From positions 62,001 through 126,000 of the forward strand of contig JAVKOQ020000097.1 in the NCBI GenBank assembly GCA_031835245.2: a DNA stretch of 64,000 nt, written 5' to 3'. The DNA comes from Balamuthia mandrillaris (taxonomy: Eukaryota). Each line of letters begins with the position of its first letter. Within the stretch, counting starts at the first letter, position 1. The translations under genes and the position numbers were made by a program. The notes beneath the pieces are model-generated. The model worked only from the letters and a program-made list of their open reading frames with translations. It did no database searches and was not told where the DNA came from. This document shows, in pieces, positions 24,704 to 35,401 of the stretch.

Positions 24704-27700
24704 TTATTTTGTGACGGAAACATGTTTTTGCTGTCTTCTTGTCCTCCTTGCAAGGCGCTTTGGCTGAGAAACAGTTGGCACAGAAGGAGAGTTTGCTGTT
24801 AGAGTGGTTGTTGCCGCGGCTTGGTGGAGAGAAGAAGAAGAAGCATGGCTGGCTTGAAAAGAAGCTGAAGAATGAGAAGGAGCTGGGATAAAAGAAGAGG
24901 AAGAGGAGGAGATGGATGAAGGGACGGAAGCAGAGATAGAGTTGGAGACGGAGGAGGAGATGGAGGTGGTGGAGGAAGTTTTCCTTGCCTGCTGTGCTGG
25001 CTTATGGGGCACAATTAGTTCCTCATTCTGGTACCGAGGGTTGGGCCGCCGTGTCCGCATGCTTCCTGGTGGAGCTGGGCTAAAGCGATTACTTACATCT
25101 CCTTTCCAAGGCGATAGTGGGGTCATGCCATAGTGGCCTTGTGCCTTCTTTTTTAGATACTTTGTAGAGGCAGGGCTCGCGGGTGGCTTGTGCTTAGACA
25201 CAGCTTTGTTGGTGAGTGGTTTTGCCTTGTTTCTGGGAGCCTTGGTCCCTGTAGCTGAAGGAGCTTTCCTTTTGCCCGTTGTGGCTTTGGACTTGCAGTT
25301 GCGTGGTTTGGCTGATGGAGGTTGTTTTGGTCGGCTGTTTTCTAGCTTTGAAGAAATTGCTTCGCTCAGCAATTGCTGCTTGGAGGGTTTCTTCTTCCGT
25401 CCCGTTGGGAGCACAAAATGTTTCTCCGTGTTTCTTGGTCTGCCTCGAGAAACCCTACGAGAGTTCCATTCCTCGTCTATTTGCTGTTCCTCTTCATAAG
25501 AAAAGTTTAACATTGGCTGTTGTAATTCTGTGCTCCATTCTAAATCCTCCTTCTCGCTATCATCCGCCTCAACCCCGCCGTCATGTGCCTCCTCCGTCTC
25601 CTCCTCTTCTTTTTCCGAGTCTGCTGCTTCCGCCTCATCCGGGTGACAATGATCGTCATCAGGGTCCTCCTCCTTGTCATCATCGCTGGTGGTGTCTTCA
25701 TTGACATGGCTACTATCATCACTGGAAGCGTTGCTAGGGTCAGAGTCGCTGTCATCACTGGGATCGCTTTCGATGGCAGCAGGATCCATTGGAATCTGAA
25801 CAAGCTCTGGGTCTGGATGGTCAAAAGGACAGCATTCTGGGGGGAATTCCCTTTGAAAGTGGTAGCTCAGTGCAAAAATATGCTTACACCGTTTGCCAGT
25901 GGAACGGTAGAAGTTGCAGCTACAGTGCCAGGGGTCAAAGCAGACGTAGTACTCGCTAAAGGAGAATTGACGGTCCGTAATCGGAGAGAAGTAGCCTTTC
26001 TGCGCCAGTTTCCAGCCCTTTGCCTGCCTGATCCAGAGTGCTCGCATACTTCTGGAAGGTCGAGGTTTCTTTTTGGCACCCAATCTCTGCTGAAACGCAA
26101 GATCGTGCGATGCAAGGGTGGATTCCCCCAAGGTAACCAGCATAGTTTCTGGTGCTTTGGCCTTTTTTTGGTGGAAGTCCAGCCGCACTACCTTCTTCCA
26201 CAAAGCCTCTGTCACGTTGTTGGTATTGTAAAGGCCTTCTCTAAATCCAGGGCGATTTCTAGTGGTCCATGCATCTTTCCAATCTGCAGACAACCAGTTG
26301 GCTTCGAAGTAGGTGTAAAAGTCACCGAACGATGCTTGAAGCAGCTCACGCGCCTCCTCTTCCTCTTCCTCCGTCGGAGCATGCTGAATACGTTTCAACA
26401 AAGCCATGATCGTGGATTGGTCTGTGAGAAAAAAAAGATGCTGCGTTACTAACAACAAATGGAAGACACAAGGAAACAACAGGAAACAACAAAGTACCTT
26501 CTTTATAGCGCAAGGTTTTTTGTCTCCATCGTTTCTGAACATGAAACTCACACAACAGAAACGAAAAGCCTGCATCCACCACAGCCTTTCGGATGGACCT
26601 ATCCTTGTCCATCATCACGATGGGGTTCCAGTAGATGTCTGGGAAGTCGGCGGCCATCTTAGTTTGCAGCAGCTGAAGGAAGAAGGCAATTGCCTCTGCC
26701 TTTGCCTTGTTGGTGATCAGGAAGCCCACTGGCCACAGATGACCAAGTTCATCTTCAACTACCAACCCCCACACTGGGAGGTCGGCTTTGGAAAGCTTCC
26801 AGATTGCGTCCAGTCCCACAATGGCCTGGCCCCACATTTCCAGAAGCTGTGCCGCGCGGGGCGCCAGAAGAACGACGACCCAAGTCTTTTGCAGTTGCTG
26901 CTGGGTGCGAAAGTATCCCTCTCTGAGGCTCCGCCGAGGCCAAGCTATGAACGGGGCCATGGTGGGTCGGGACAACGCTTGTTGCAGTCTCTCTTGTCGG
27001 GTTAACGGCAGCCCTTGTTGACCTCGCTGCTTCCTCCTTCCATATGCAAGGATGTCCTGGATCTTGGCCACAGATGGCAGCAGCTCTTTTGGGATGGCCG
27101 CCGGCAAGCCAGACATTGCCCCAGCTTCCAACTGGCGCCTTGCAGAGGATGCTGTGATTAGGCCTCCTGCACTGGTTTCCAGTCCATCCCGCGAAAGAAT
27201 CTCCTTCTTCAGAAACGCGGGAACGGGAAGGGCGTCATGGTAGAGGGCGAAACGTTCTCCATGGCTCCCGATGTGGTAGATCCACGCTGTCTGGAGATCA
27301 TCGGAAAAGATGGCCCATCGAGCCTGTTTTCCGCAGGCAGTCATTCGTTTGTTGCTTGCCGTGGCAGGCGGGGTGCAGTCCATTCGGCCGTTGCACCAAA
27401 GAACCTCAGAGAGCGCTGGGGAATTCTTCTTTGCCTCTCCGACCTGGAGCTCAAGGTTATTGCCTTCTCTTGGGTTGACCTGGTTCCAAGCAACAACGTC
27501 TGCAGACCGAATGATGCCTTTGGTTTTCCAACGACAGCGAAAGCACAGCACTGGCTCACACATAATGAAAACCACTTCTTCTCATCAACTGCACTACAAA
27601 GGATGTGTGCTTTCTAACTGCATGGATAAGGAGGACTACTGCATAGCCGCCACGATCCTCCTTCAGTTGCTGATAGCTGTTCTGAGAGAAAGTGGCTGGC

Positions 27701-27891
27701 TGGTCTTCAAATGCCTTTGCGGCTAATTGTTTGTGTTTTGGGGTTGTAGGAATGAATCGACAGAGAACTTGTTTCTTTTGTTGTTCCCTGAACTTTTGTG
27801 TTCTTTCTGCCTCGCTCATTACAGGGTCAAGCCTTTGGCCGTGATACTTTCTTTCTCATAGTTTCTTTGAGGAGGAAACGTTGTCAGCCAT
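24704..27891 (-). mobile_element. Mutator-like (MULE) DDE transposase with SWIM zinc finger, partly degenerate
   Basis: GLDAIWK (D1), MMDKDRS (D2), LLCEFHV (CxxH), NTNNVTEALW (E) and SWIM YYV...CSCNFYRSTGKRCKHIFAL. One intron at about 26423-26497. The 5' part has an in-frame TGA and a frameshift. No TIRs identified. Confidence 0.88.
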
Positions 27892-28330
27892 GCAACTACT
27901 GATCAGACATGAGTAACTAGCTAGCTAGTTACAACCAAATAGGTTTTTAAAAGTAAGCACCTTCTCTTTAGCTCTAACAAACAGAAAAAGTACTGCCTGC
28001 CGCTTGCTATCTTTCTTTGTGGCCTTTTTTTTTTCTTTGGTCTTGTTTTTCTGTTTATGGAAATTTTTGTTTCTGTAACAGAAAATAACCTATAGCAAAA
28101 ACTGGCAAGATAGGAGAGAGTTGTTTTAGATAATAATGAACTGGAAACAAAAGAACAGGTGACAATATTCATCACTAACAAGTGGCCCAGGGCAACATGT
28201 GTTGAGAATAACTCTTAACATATTAGCTCTGTTGCCCCTTTCCCTTCCCTTTCTTCCTGTCAACATCTGTGACATGGACCAATCACCTACTTTTATTCCA
28301 TGTGCTAAGAAAAAGAATGTTGCCCAAGTT

Positions 28331-28336
28331 AAAAAA
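28331..28336 (-). terminator. Pol III terminator (T6) downstream of tRNA-Glu
   Basis: AAAAAA on the + strand (TTTTTT on the - strand) about 10 nt after the tRNA 3' end. Confidence 0.65.
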
Positions 28337-28346
28337 GTAAATAAAT

Positions 28347-28418
28347 CTCCGCTGCCGGGAATCGAACCCGGGGTAGCTGGGTGAAAGCCAACAGTGTTAC
28401 CGACTACACCACAGCGGA
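28347..28418 (-). tRNA. tRNA-Glu (anticodon TTC)
   Basis: Minus strand reads TCCGCTGTGGTGTAGTCGGTAACACTGTTGGCTTTCACCCAGCTACCCCGGGTTCGATTCCCGGCAGCGGAG (72 nt): 7-bp acceptor stem TCCGCTG/CAGCGGA, A-box, anticodon stem GTTGG/CCAGC with loop CT-TTC-AC, and T-loop GGTTCGATTCC. Confidence 0.96.
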
Positions 28419-29350
28419 TTCTCTTTCTTTTAGATGTTGAGTATTACTTTCCTTTTTAACTTTGCTTAATAGGCTATTTCCATTTTTTTCTTTTTCTTTA
28501 GTATCTTTATCTTATTTGTTCCTATGTGCTTAAGTGACTCATCTTTGGTATTGTTAAAGAAGTAAATATTACAAATGGCCAGGGCTAAAATATATTATTC
28601 AAAAGGAAACAAAGAAACAAAATGTGTCAAGAGGAAAAAGTGTCATGTGAACAAACCTTGCTAATTAAAAGAAAAAAAATAAAAGAGTAAAAACAAACAA
28701 ACAAACCTTCAAAATATATAAATACTATTAATAGTCAATATAAGCTTTTTGTTTGAAACACTTATACATTGTCTTGTTATTAACATATAGTATCCATAGC
28801 AATATGTTTTATTGTTAATGTAAACTCTTGTATGTTGGTTTGTTGAAAAGAGTGAATAATATGAACAGATGGGGCAAAAACGTATTATTTAATGGGAACA
28901 AGGGAACAAAAGTGAAGATTACAAATATACAAGTCTACAAAACAATAACCTGAATATAGGCTTGTATATTTGTGATCTTTACTTTTGTTGGAAAGTGTTG
29001 TTATAATAGTGTAACAGTTTTTCTTGTTGACAGTCCCTTCAAAGTTTCCAAACAGGCCTTTTGAAGAAAGAATAAGAAGAGATAACAAAAAGTAAGAAGA
29101 AAATCAAGGAGGTTAAAAAAAGAAGAACATTGGAAATTGTGCCTTGAACCTTAAGATAGAAGAATGTTTGATATAGGAGATCTTATGCCACTGATACAAA
29201 CTACTCCACCAACATGTGCCCACCCAAAGTTGCACCTTACTGAAGTGAGGCAAACCAGGTCAAAGCGTGGCACTTACAACAAAGGGATAGACACCACCAA
29301 TTGAGCAGTGTGTCACCTCAAGAGGCTGTGGTCAGCAAGGGTTCTTATAT

Positions 29351-29446
29351 GTCATAATTTTGGGCTACCCCCCACTCCAAATTCGAATTTTCAAAGCTCG
29401 GATTTTCTTAGGAATTTCAAGAAAACAGGGTTAGATTCGTGTCGTC
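29351..29446. repeat. Left terminal inverted repeat of the piggyBac-like element
   Basis: GTCATAATTTTGGGCTACCCCCCACTCCAAATTCGAATTTTCAAAGCTCGGATTTTCTTAGGAATTTC...GTGTCGTC, the reverse complement of 31283-31377. Confidence 0.92.
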
Positions 29447-29452
29447 CTTGGT

Positions 29453-31272
29453 TTATGCTGAAGAAGAAAGTGAAGAATTTGACGGCCGTGTCTTTCGCTT
29501 ACGGCCTTCCGTTTTCAGAACTGAAGGATGGAGCACTGTGTAGCACCGATGATGCAGCAGAAGGAAATTACAGAAGGCGCAACACAGAGAGGTAGAGGAG
29601 TTGCGTTTCAGACGGCGACAAAGCTCACACTTTCGCCACTTCCCCATTTGAACAAGCCCATGATCCATTGCACTTACTCCCAACCCTTCTGCACAAAGCT
29701 CACAGGCCAACATCCAGCGAAAGGTAAGGTAGTCTTCTTTTTTTGTGTTTGCATGTAAACGGTTCCAAACTAACCACGCGTTATGAATGGTGGCTTCAAG
29801 CAACCAAAGGAACACCGTAAGCTTCCAATTTCGCAAACGGTGTGGGTATTCATTCTGGGTGCAAATGAAATCTAGTTGATCAACGTAGCCCATTTGTTTG
29901 TTGTAGTCATGGACTACGTCAGGTAGGACATCACTATTCTTTTCGATTGTATTCCTGCCGCTGTAAAGGTTGCTAAGGAAGTTGATTTTTTTTTCCACGC
30001 CAGAAGGTTTTTGTTGCCGAAAGGAGATTGCTGCCATTGTCTTTGTTGGGTTTGTTGGGTCTGCTCGATAGCACGTTTTCCACGAGCTTCGTGGCGATGT
30101 GGATGTTGCAGGTAAGGGAAGGTCATTCACTTTTTCCGTGTGCATCCACCGATCAAAAAGAGCTGATGGCCGATCTTTTCGACAGGCAAGTGTGAAAAAA
30201 TGGCCTGCTTCTTCAAGACCAGCAGCAGCATCAAAAGCGCCAAAGTAGGAATCTGCTCATATCACAAAGCTTCTTCCTGTAGGAAGGTAGGTGGCCATTT
30301 GTAATAATGTTGCTGTTGTTGTCTCTGATTTCACCTCCTCTTCTTCTCTTTGTCATTTAAACATGGAACATGCATAATAAAACTTCAAACTATCCACCAA
30401 GCTCCAAAGCTTGACTCCAACCGGTCGTGGCTTTCATTTAATAACCACTTTATGTCGACATCTAGCTTTGGTTGCAACTAACGATTCATCCACAACAACA
30501 TTTTTGAAGGGCTCCCAATAATGCTGAAAGCGGTCGTTAAGGTGGTTGATGAAGTCATCAATGTCTACTCGTAATGACGACTTGAGCTGGTGGTACTGAT
30601 CGTAGCCAATCGTCCTTCAGATAAATTCGTTTCCCAAAAAGCATGTCCTTTTTTCCAATAGTTGGATTCCTGTCGGGCAGGTGCAAAGCTCATAACGAGG
30701 ACAACTGAAAGAAAGCAAAGGAAGGAGTGGCGGGTGAAGGCAGGAAGCTTGTGGTGGCTTCGAGCACTTGCCTGGGGTCGTTGTTTGGCCTGTGCTCGCA
30801 ACACTGCTTTTTCTTGAGAGTGGGGAAGAATGTGCTGCTCAAGAAAATCTGAGAAGAAAAGCATAAAGATACCCTTGCATGTTTTTGCAGCATCAGGTGG
30901 AATGTTTTTGGGTCCTGGAATGGTTGTTTGACAGGGAAAAGAGGGCAACGCTTTCTCTTCTATCGACCAGCCATGTTTTTCTCTCCATTTGCTGTCTTCT
31001 TCAGCAATGCGTTGCCTTTTGAGGGCTGCTTTTTGTTGGTGATCTTTTATCCCTTTTTCTTTTTCATTCTCTTTCTGCTTCTCTTTTTCTAGTTGTTGGG
31101 TGTGTTTTTTTTGTGCTTTCACGACACAAGGAGATTTATTGCAGGTAACTAATGGCCGACGGCACGCAGCACAGTTTCTAGGCTTCTTTGTTGATGTTTC
31201 TTTCTTCATCTCCATCTTTTTTGTTTGTCTTCTTTGTTTACTTCTTCTCGTGTTGCTATGGGCAACAGTCAT
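29453..31272 (-). pseudogene. piggyBac-family (DDE_Tnp_1_7) transposase, frameshifted with stops
   Basis: Fragments NVVVDESLV (D1), IK*KPRPVGVKLW, VI*ADSYFG (D2), PDVVHDYNKQMGYVDQLD (D3), WKLTVFLWLLEATIHNAW and a C-terminal Cys/His domain CELC...CAFC...HHRCYTVLH. Confidence 0.88.
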
Positions 31273-31282
31273 TTTTCTTCAT

Positions 31283-31377
31283 GACGACACAAATTAACCG
31301 TGTTATCTCGAAATTCCTAAGAAAATCCGAGCTTTGAAAATTCGAATTTGGAGTGGGGGGTAGCCCAAAATTACGAC
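31283..31377. repeat. Right terminal inverted repeat of the piggyBac-like element
   Basis: GACGACAC...GAAATTCCTAAGAAAATCCGAGCTTTGAAAATTCGAATTTGGAGTGGGGGGTAGCCCAAAATTACGAC. Confidence 0.92.
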
Positions 31378-31640
31378 TTATATGGCCTTTCCAACTAACT
31401 TATCTACAAGCACAAATCCAAACCCTTCTTTTTCTCTCCTCCCCCTTTTAATTAAACCAACCTTCCTTCTCTTTGCTTTTTTCCTTTCTTGTCTGAAGAA
31501 GGGGAAAAAAACAATAGATATTTCTTTCTTCTCCTTTTTGTCGACACTAGCCTTTTATGGTAAGTTTCAGCCACTGTTTTGATTTTTGATTGGATATTTG
31601 TTAACTTTCATAACAGATCAAACTCACTGAGACAAAGATC

Positions 31641-31658
31641 ATTCATGACGACATGAAT
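31641..31658. promoter_or_regulatory. Quasi-palindromic motif ATTCATGACGACATGAAT upstream of lumazine synthase
   Basis: Contains the 12-mer CATGACGACATG (31644-31655), about 65 bp upstream of the ATG at 31721. The same 12-mer occurs at 33721, 51607 (reverse complement) and 58680. Confidence 0.55.
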
Positions 31659-31720
31659 AAACAGAGTCGTGTCGTCGATAAAAAAGCTCAAGAAAAAGAA
31701 GAAACAAAAAAAAAGCGCCA

Positions 31721-32442
31721 ATGGCGACAGCGCATCTTGCCAAAGACGTGCCCAAGTCACTGACACCCCCCGCCAACGCGCACCAGCTGCGTGTCGGCCT
31801 CATCCGCACGGCATGGAACGAAGGGCTCGTCCTCTCCCTCCACGACCGCTGCAAAGCCGTTCTCACCGCGGTGATGGAGGAGACCAGCAAGGCGGCCTCC
31901 GCCTCCACTCCATCCGACGGCAACACGCACCACAACATCAGGGAGGAAATTGTGGCTGGCTCCTTTGAGCTTCCTTATGCCGCTCAGAAGATGGCGGCCT
32001 CGGGCTCGGTCGACGTGGTCCTCTGCTTTGGCGTCCTGGTCAAGGGTGACACCATGCACTTTGAATACATCTCCCAAGCTGTTTCCAATGGTGATCTCTC
32101 TCTCGCTCTCTCTCTCTCTCTCTCGCTCTCTCTCTCTTTCTCTTCTTTTTTCTTGTTCTTCTTGTTCCTACTTCTCCTCGCTTTCTCACTCAAAAAAAAA
32201 AAAACAAAGGGTTGATGGAAGTGCAGTTGAGAACGGGAGTGCCGGTCATTTACGGAGTGCTAAACTGCCTTACGGTGGAGCAGGCGCAGCAGCGCTGCGG
32301 CCCTCAGAGCCCATTGCCCACATCGTTGGCGCTCACTGCCCTCAACATGGCCGCATTGAAGGTCTCTTCCTCGAGCAGATGTTCCACCTATTGCTCGACT
32401 TGTTCCAACAAGTCTGCTCCCCTGCGAAAGGCCAATTTGTAA
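31721..32442 (+). CDS. RIB4: 6,7-dimethyl-8-ribityllumazine synthase (riboflavin biosynthesis), 2 exons
   Basis: LRVGLIRTAWN, VAGSFELPYAA, GVLVKGDTMHFEYISQAVSNG|LMEVQLRTGVPVIYGVLNCLTVEQAQQRCG. Intron at about 32091-32209. Confidence 0.93.
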
Positions 32443-32675
32443 AGAAAAGAAAAGAAAAGCAAGAATACGCATAAAGAAGGATGTGCATGCATGTGGAGGA
32501 AGTCGATGGCAATGAATGGAGAGGTAGACAGAGTGAAGAGGGAAGAGAAGAGAAGAGAGAAGAGAGAAGAGAGAAGAGAGAGCAAAAAAAAAAAAAGAAA
32601 TCTCTCTATTGGGAGTGGAGCATTCAACCGTTTTCACGTGTGAAAAGGCAACAAAGTTCACCAACGGAAGTACTT

Positions 32676-33631
32676 TCATACACCGTCATCGTCTCCCTCT
32701 GTTTTCAATAGAAGATCAGTTACAATGAGAGAGAGAGAGAGAGAGAGAGAAGAACAAGAAGAACAAGAAGAAAACGAGGAAGCAGAAATAAGGTAAGAAA
32801 ATTGGTGCGTCTTTTGTTGGCTTTGGAAGAAAGCACAAGAAAAAAAAAAGAAGAAAAGATAGAGAAAGAGATAGAAAGAAAGGTCTTTTGAATATTCAAC
32901 TGCCATCATCTTCTTCCTCTGTTATTTGAAATAGGGGAAGTTGGTTCAATTATATTTTTGAGCGAGCGAAGGAGAAGAAAACAAAACGAAAACGAGAAAG
33001 CAAAGAAGAAGGAACTTGAAAGAAAGATGAAAAAGAACAAAAAAGGAAGAAAGGAAAGGAAAGAACAGACAGAGGGGGGAGAAAAAAAGAAGAAGAAGAA
33101 AGAAATAACGCAAGAAAGAAAAGAGAAAGTCTCTCACCTGGTAGATTTTCGAGCAAAAGGGAAAAGCCAGTGTGACCGCTGAGGGCATTTGCGTGTTTGG
33201 AAATACTTGTCGTCGTAGCCGTTGTCGTTTTTACTGAGTGTCTATTATTTTTTTGTTTTTTTGGTCCAATCCAACAACACAAAAAAGCAGTGTCAGTCGA
33301 TAGTTGATCGAGCGAGTAACGAGAGGGAACACTTTTTTTTTGTTAAAAAAAAGATTGGGGCCACTTACGTGGTGACGGTAGTACGTGTTGTTGTGGAAAG
33401 AGAGGGAAAGGAAGAGAAAGCAGAGGAGGAAGCGAAGAACGAGGGGGAGGAAGCAGGAGCAAAGGACGCTGTAGCAGAGCAGAGCGAAGAAGCCCCTCCG
33501 GGGGTGGCCATAGCGGTCAGCGGGCGTGCGTAACCTACCGCACCGGCCGTGTTTCGTTTAACGCTGAACAACACCGCACCGCCACGCGCCCACGCGGCAG
33601 GAGAACCGATGCAACGACTTCCGCTCTTCAT
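32676..33631 (-). CDS. Small (129 aa) Ser/Thr/Ala-rich presequence-like protein with two alternative terminal exons
   Basis: Exon 1 33631-33369 (donor GTAAGT); exon 2 33241-33138 (donor GTGAGA); terminal exon A 32918-32896 (EEEDDGS*) or B 32698-32676 (EGDDDGV*). Phases are consistent (2, then 1). Confidence 0.6.
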
Positions 33632-33720
33632 CTCTCTCTTTCTCTCTCTTTTTATTTCTTTTTTCTCTTTGTCTTTCTTTTGTGCCAATTAATGATTGAG
33701 GGTTAATAAACAAATTCTAC

Positions 33721-33797
33721 CATGACGACATGAACATAGATCGCTGATCAATCAAACAACCAATAGAATATCAATATTAAAAATTCCATGACGACAT
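33721..33797. promoter_or_regulatory. CATGACGACAT(G) motif pair in the divergent promoter between the small gene and the PARP gene
   Basis: CATGACGACATG at 33721-33732 and CATGACGACATT at 33787-33798. Each is followed about 20 bp later by a similar AATCAAAC(A/G)ACCAATA element (CCAAT-like). Confidence 0.55.
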
Positions 33798-34049
33798 TAA
33801 CAATGGTAGAGTAATCAAACGACCAATACACAATCAGAAAGAGTGGAATGGGTTTCTTAGGTGAAAAAAACTGTGCAGTGCCCCTCCCTTATGTGCAATT
33901 TATTTTGGTGAAAGGATACTTTTGTTTGGGGACAGAAGAAAGGCGAAGAAGAAACAAGCAGACACCCTTCTTTTTTTTTTTTTATTTTTTGGCTACAAAA
34001 GCAAACCGCCTTGTAACATATCCGTAGATCTACTCTTCTTCCTTGTACA

Positions 34050-35359
34050 ATGAGCAGCCTCCGTCGTAAGGTGTTGGAAAAATTAGAGGAGGACATTGCC
34101 ATCGCCCAATCTTTATACGACTCGGAGGAGGCCACCATTCAGAGTTTGTTTCTTTCCTCCTTTACATTTTTTTTTTTGTTTTTGAGCTCTCATTACTTTC
34201 CTCTCTCTTGTCATTTTTGTCTTCGTTTCTTTTGCTTTTTCTTTTTCTTTTTCTTTTTCTTTTTCTTTTTCTTTTTCTTTTTCTTTTTCTTTTTCTTTTT
34301 CTTTTTCTTTTCTTTATTTTCTTTTCTTTTTGTTTCTTTTTGTTTTTCTTTTTTTTTTTCTTTTTCTTTTTCTTTCTTTTTTTTTTTTGTCTTTGTCTTT
34401 GTCCTTTTCTTTTTCTTTGTTTTTCTTTTCTTTCTTTTTCTTTTTTTTTTTGTCTTTGTCTTTGTCTTTGTCTTTGTTTTTCTTTTCTTTTCTTTTTTTC
34501 TTTTCTGTATTATATGTTTTTTCTGTCTTCTGAAAACAAACAGACATTCGCTTTGATGGCGACCAAACGGTGGAGTTCAAAGTGGTGCTGCCAAACCTGG
34601 CCACGGAGGACCTCGCCCTCTGCATTCCCGACAACTATCCCAAGGAGCAGTTCACTCTCTTGACGCCGACGGAACTGGGGCGGAACCTCAAACTGTCCAA
34701 CGACATCCGAATGTATCCCGCTGGAGAGCTGAAGGACGTCTTTCAGCGCATCATTGACGGTATGTTTGTTTAAAGAGAGCAAAGAGAAGAGAGAGAACAA
34801 AGAGAGAAAGTGGCACAAAGGAAGGGTTGAAGTATAGAGAACGTGAAGGAGAAAGAGAGCAAGTTAGAAAATGGAGTATGTTGAAGAAAAGAACAAAGAA
34901 TGAGAGAACAAGCGGAGGATGCCAGAGAAAAAGAACACATTGGTATTCCTAATACTCCCTGCTGTCCAACATAGACTTTTGGAAGAGAGCAGAGATAAAG
35001 AAGTCCAGCGAAAAGAGAGACGAGAAAGGCAAAGAAAAAGAAAAGTTGCAACAAAGCAAAGATGGCATTCGCAGAAGCAACATTCGCAGCAGCAAGAGGA
35101 GGCAACAAAAGGACAAACAACTGCGTGAGAGCGCTGACGGCTCCGCCTACGACGACGACGAAGAGTACGACTCTGACTTTGGCTATGACGACGCCTTTGT
35201 GGATGATGAGGACGAGCTGATCGGCACGGAGTGGGCCTCTGGCGGCGATGACTTTACTTTTCTGCAGATAGATGAAAAAGAGGCCGCTCAGGTCAGACAC
35301 AAGTTATTTGAGGACGTGGAAGGTGTGCAAAAAAAGTACGACCGATGCGGGGTTCGTTA

Positions 35360-35401
<42 letters not shown>

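Larger units (their letters stand above)
29351..31377 (-). mobile_element. piggyBac-like DNA transposon (2027 bp) with long TIRs and a flanking TTATAT direct repeat
   Basis: TIR core matches at 67/68 bp (29351-29418 vs 31310-31377) and extends imperfectly to about 95 bp. TTATAT lies at 29345-29350 and 31378-31383. Internal piggyBac-type transposase. Confidence 0.92.

Noticed and set aside
28190..28325. Possible MITE bounded by GGGCAACAT...ATGTTGCCC next to the tRNA
   Set aside because: Only a 9-bp inverted repeat, no TSD and no second copy in the window.
20918..28418. Gypsy element specifically targeted to the tRNA gene (Ty3/DGLT-A-like)
   Set aside because: The fragment has no LTRs or TSD and lies about 4.5 kb downstream of the tRNA, so position-specific integration cannot be shown.
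1677..30440. Alternative genetic code or TGA readthrough
   Set aside because: In-frame TGAs are seen mainly in TE remnants, while host genes (FANCL, methyltransferase, CUE protein) use TGA as a normal stop.
30452..30461. ATGTCGACAT palindrome inside the piggyBac transposase
   Set aside because: It lies within coding sequence (…RCRH… codons) and is not near a gene start, so it is treated as a chance match to the promoter motif.
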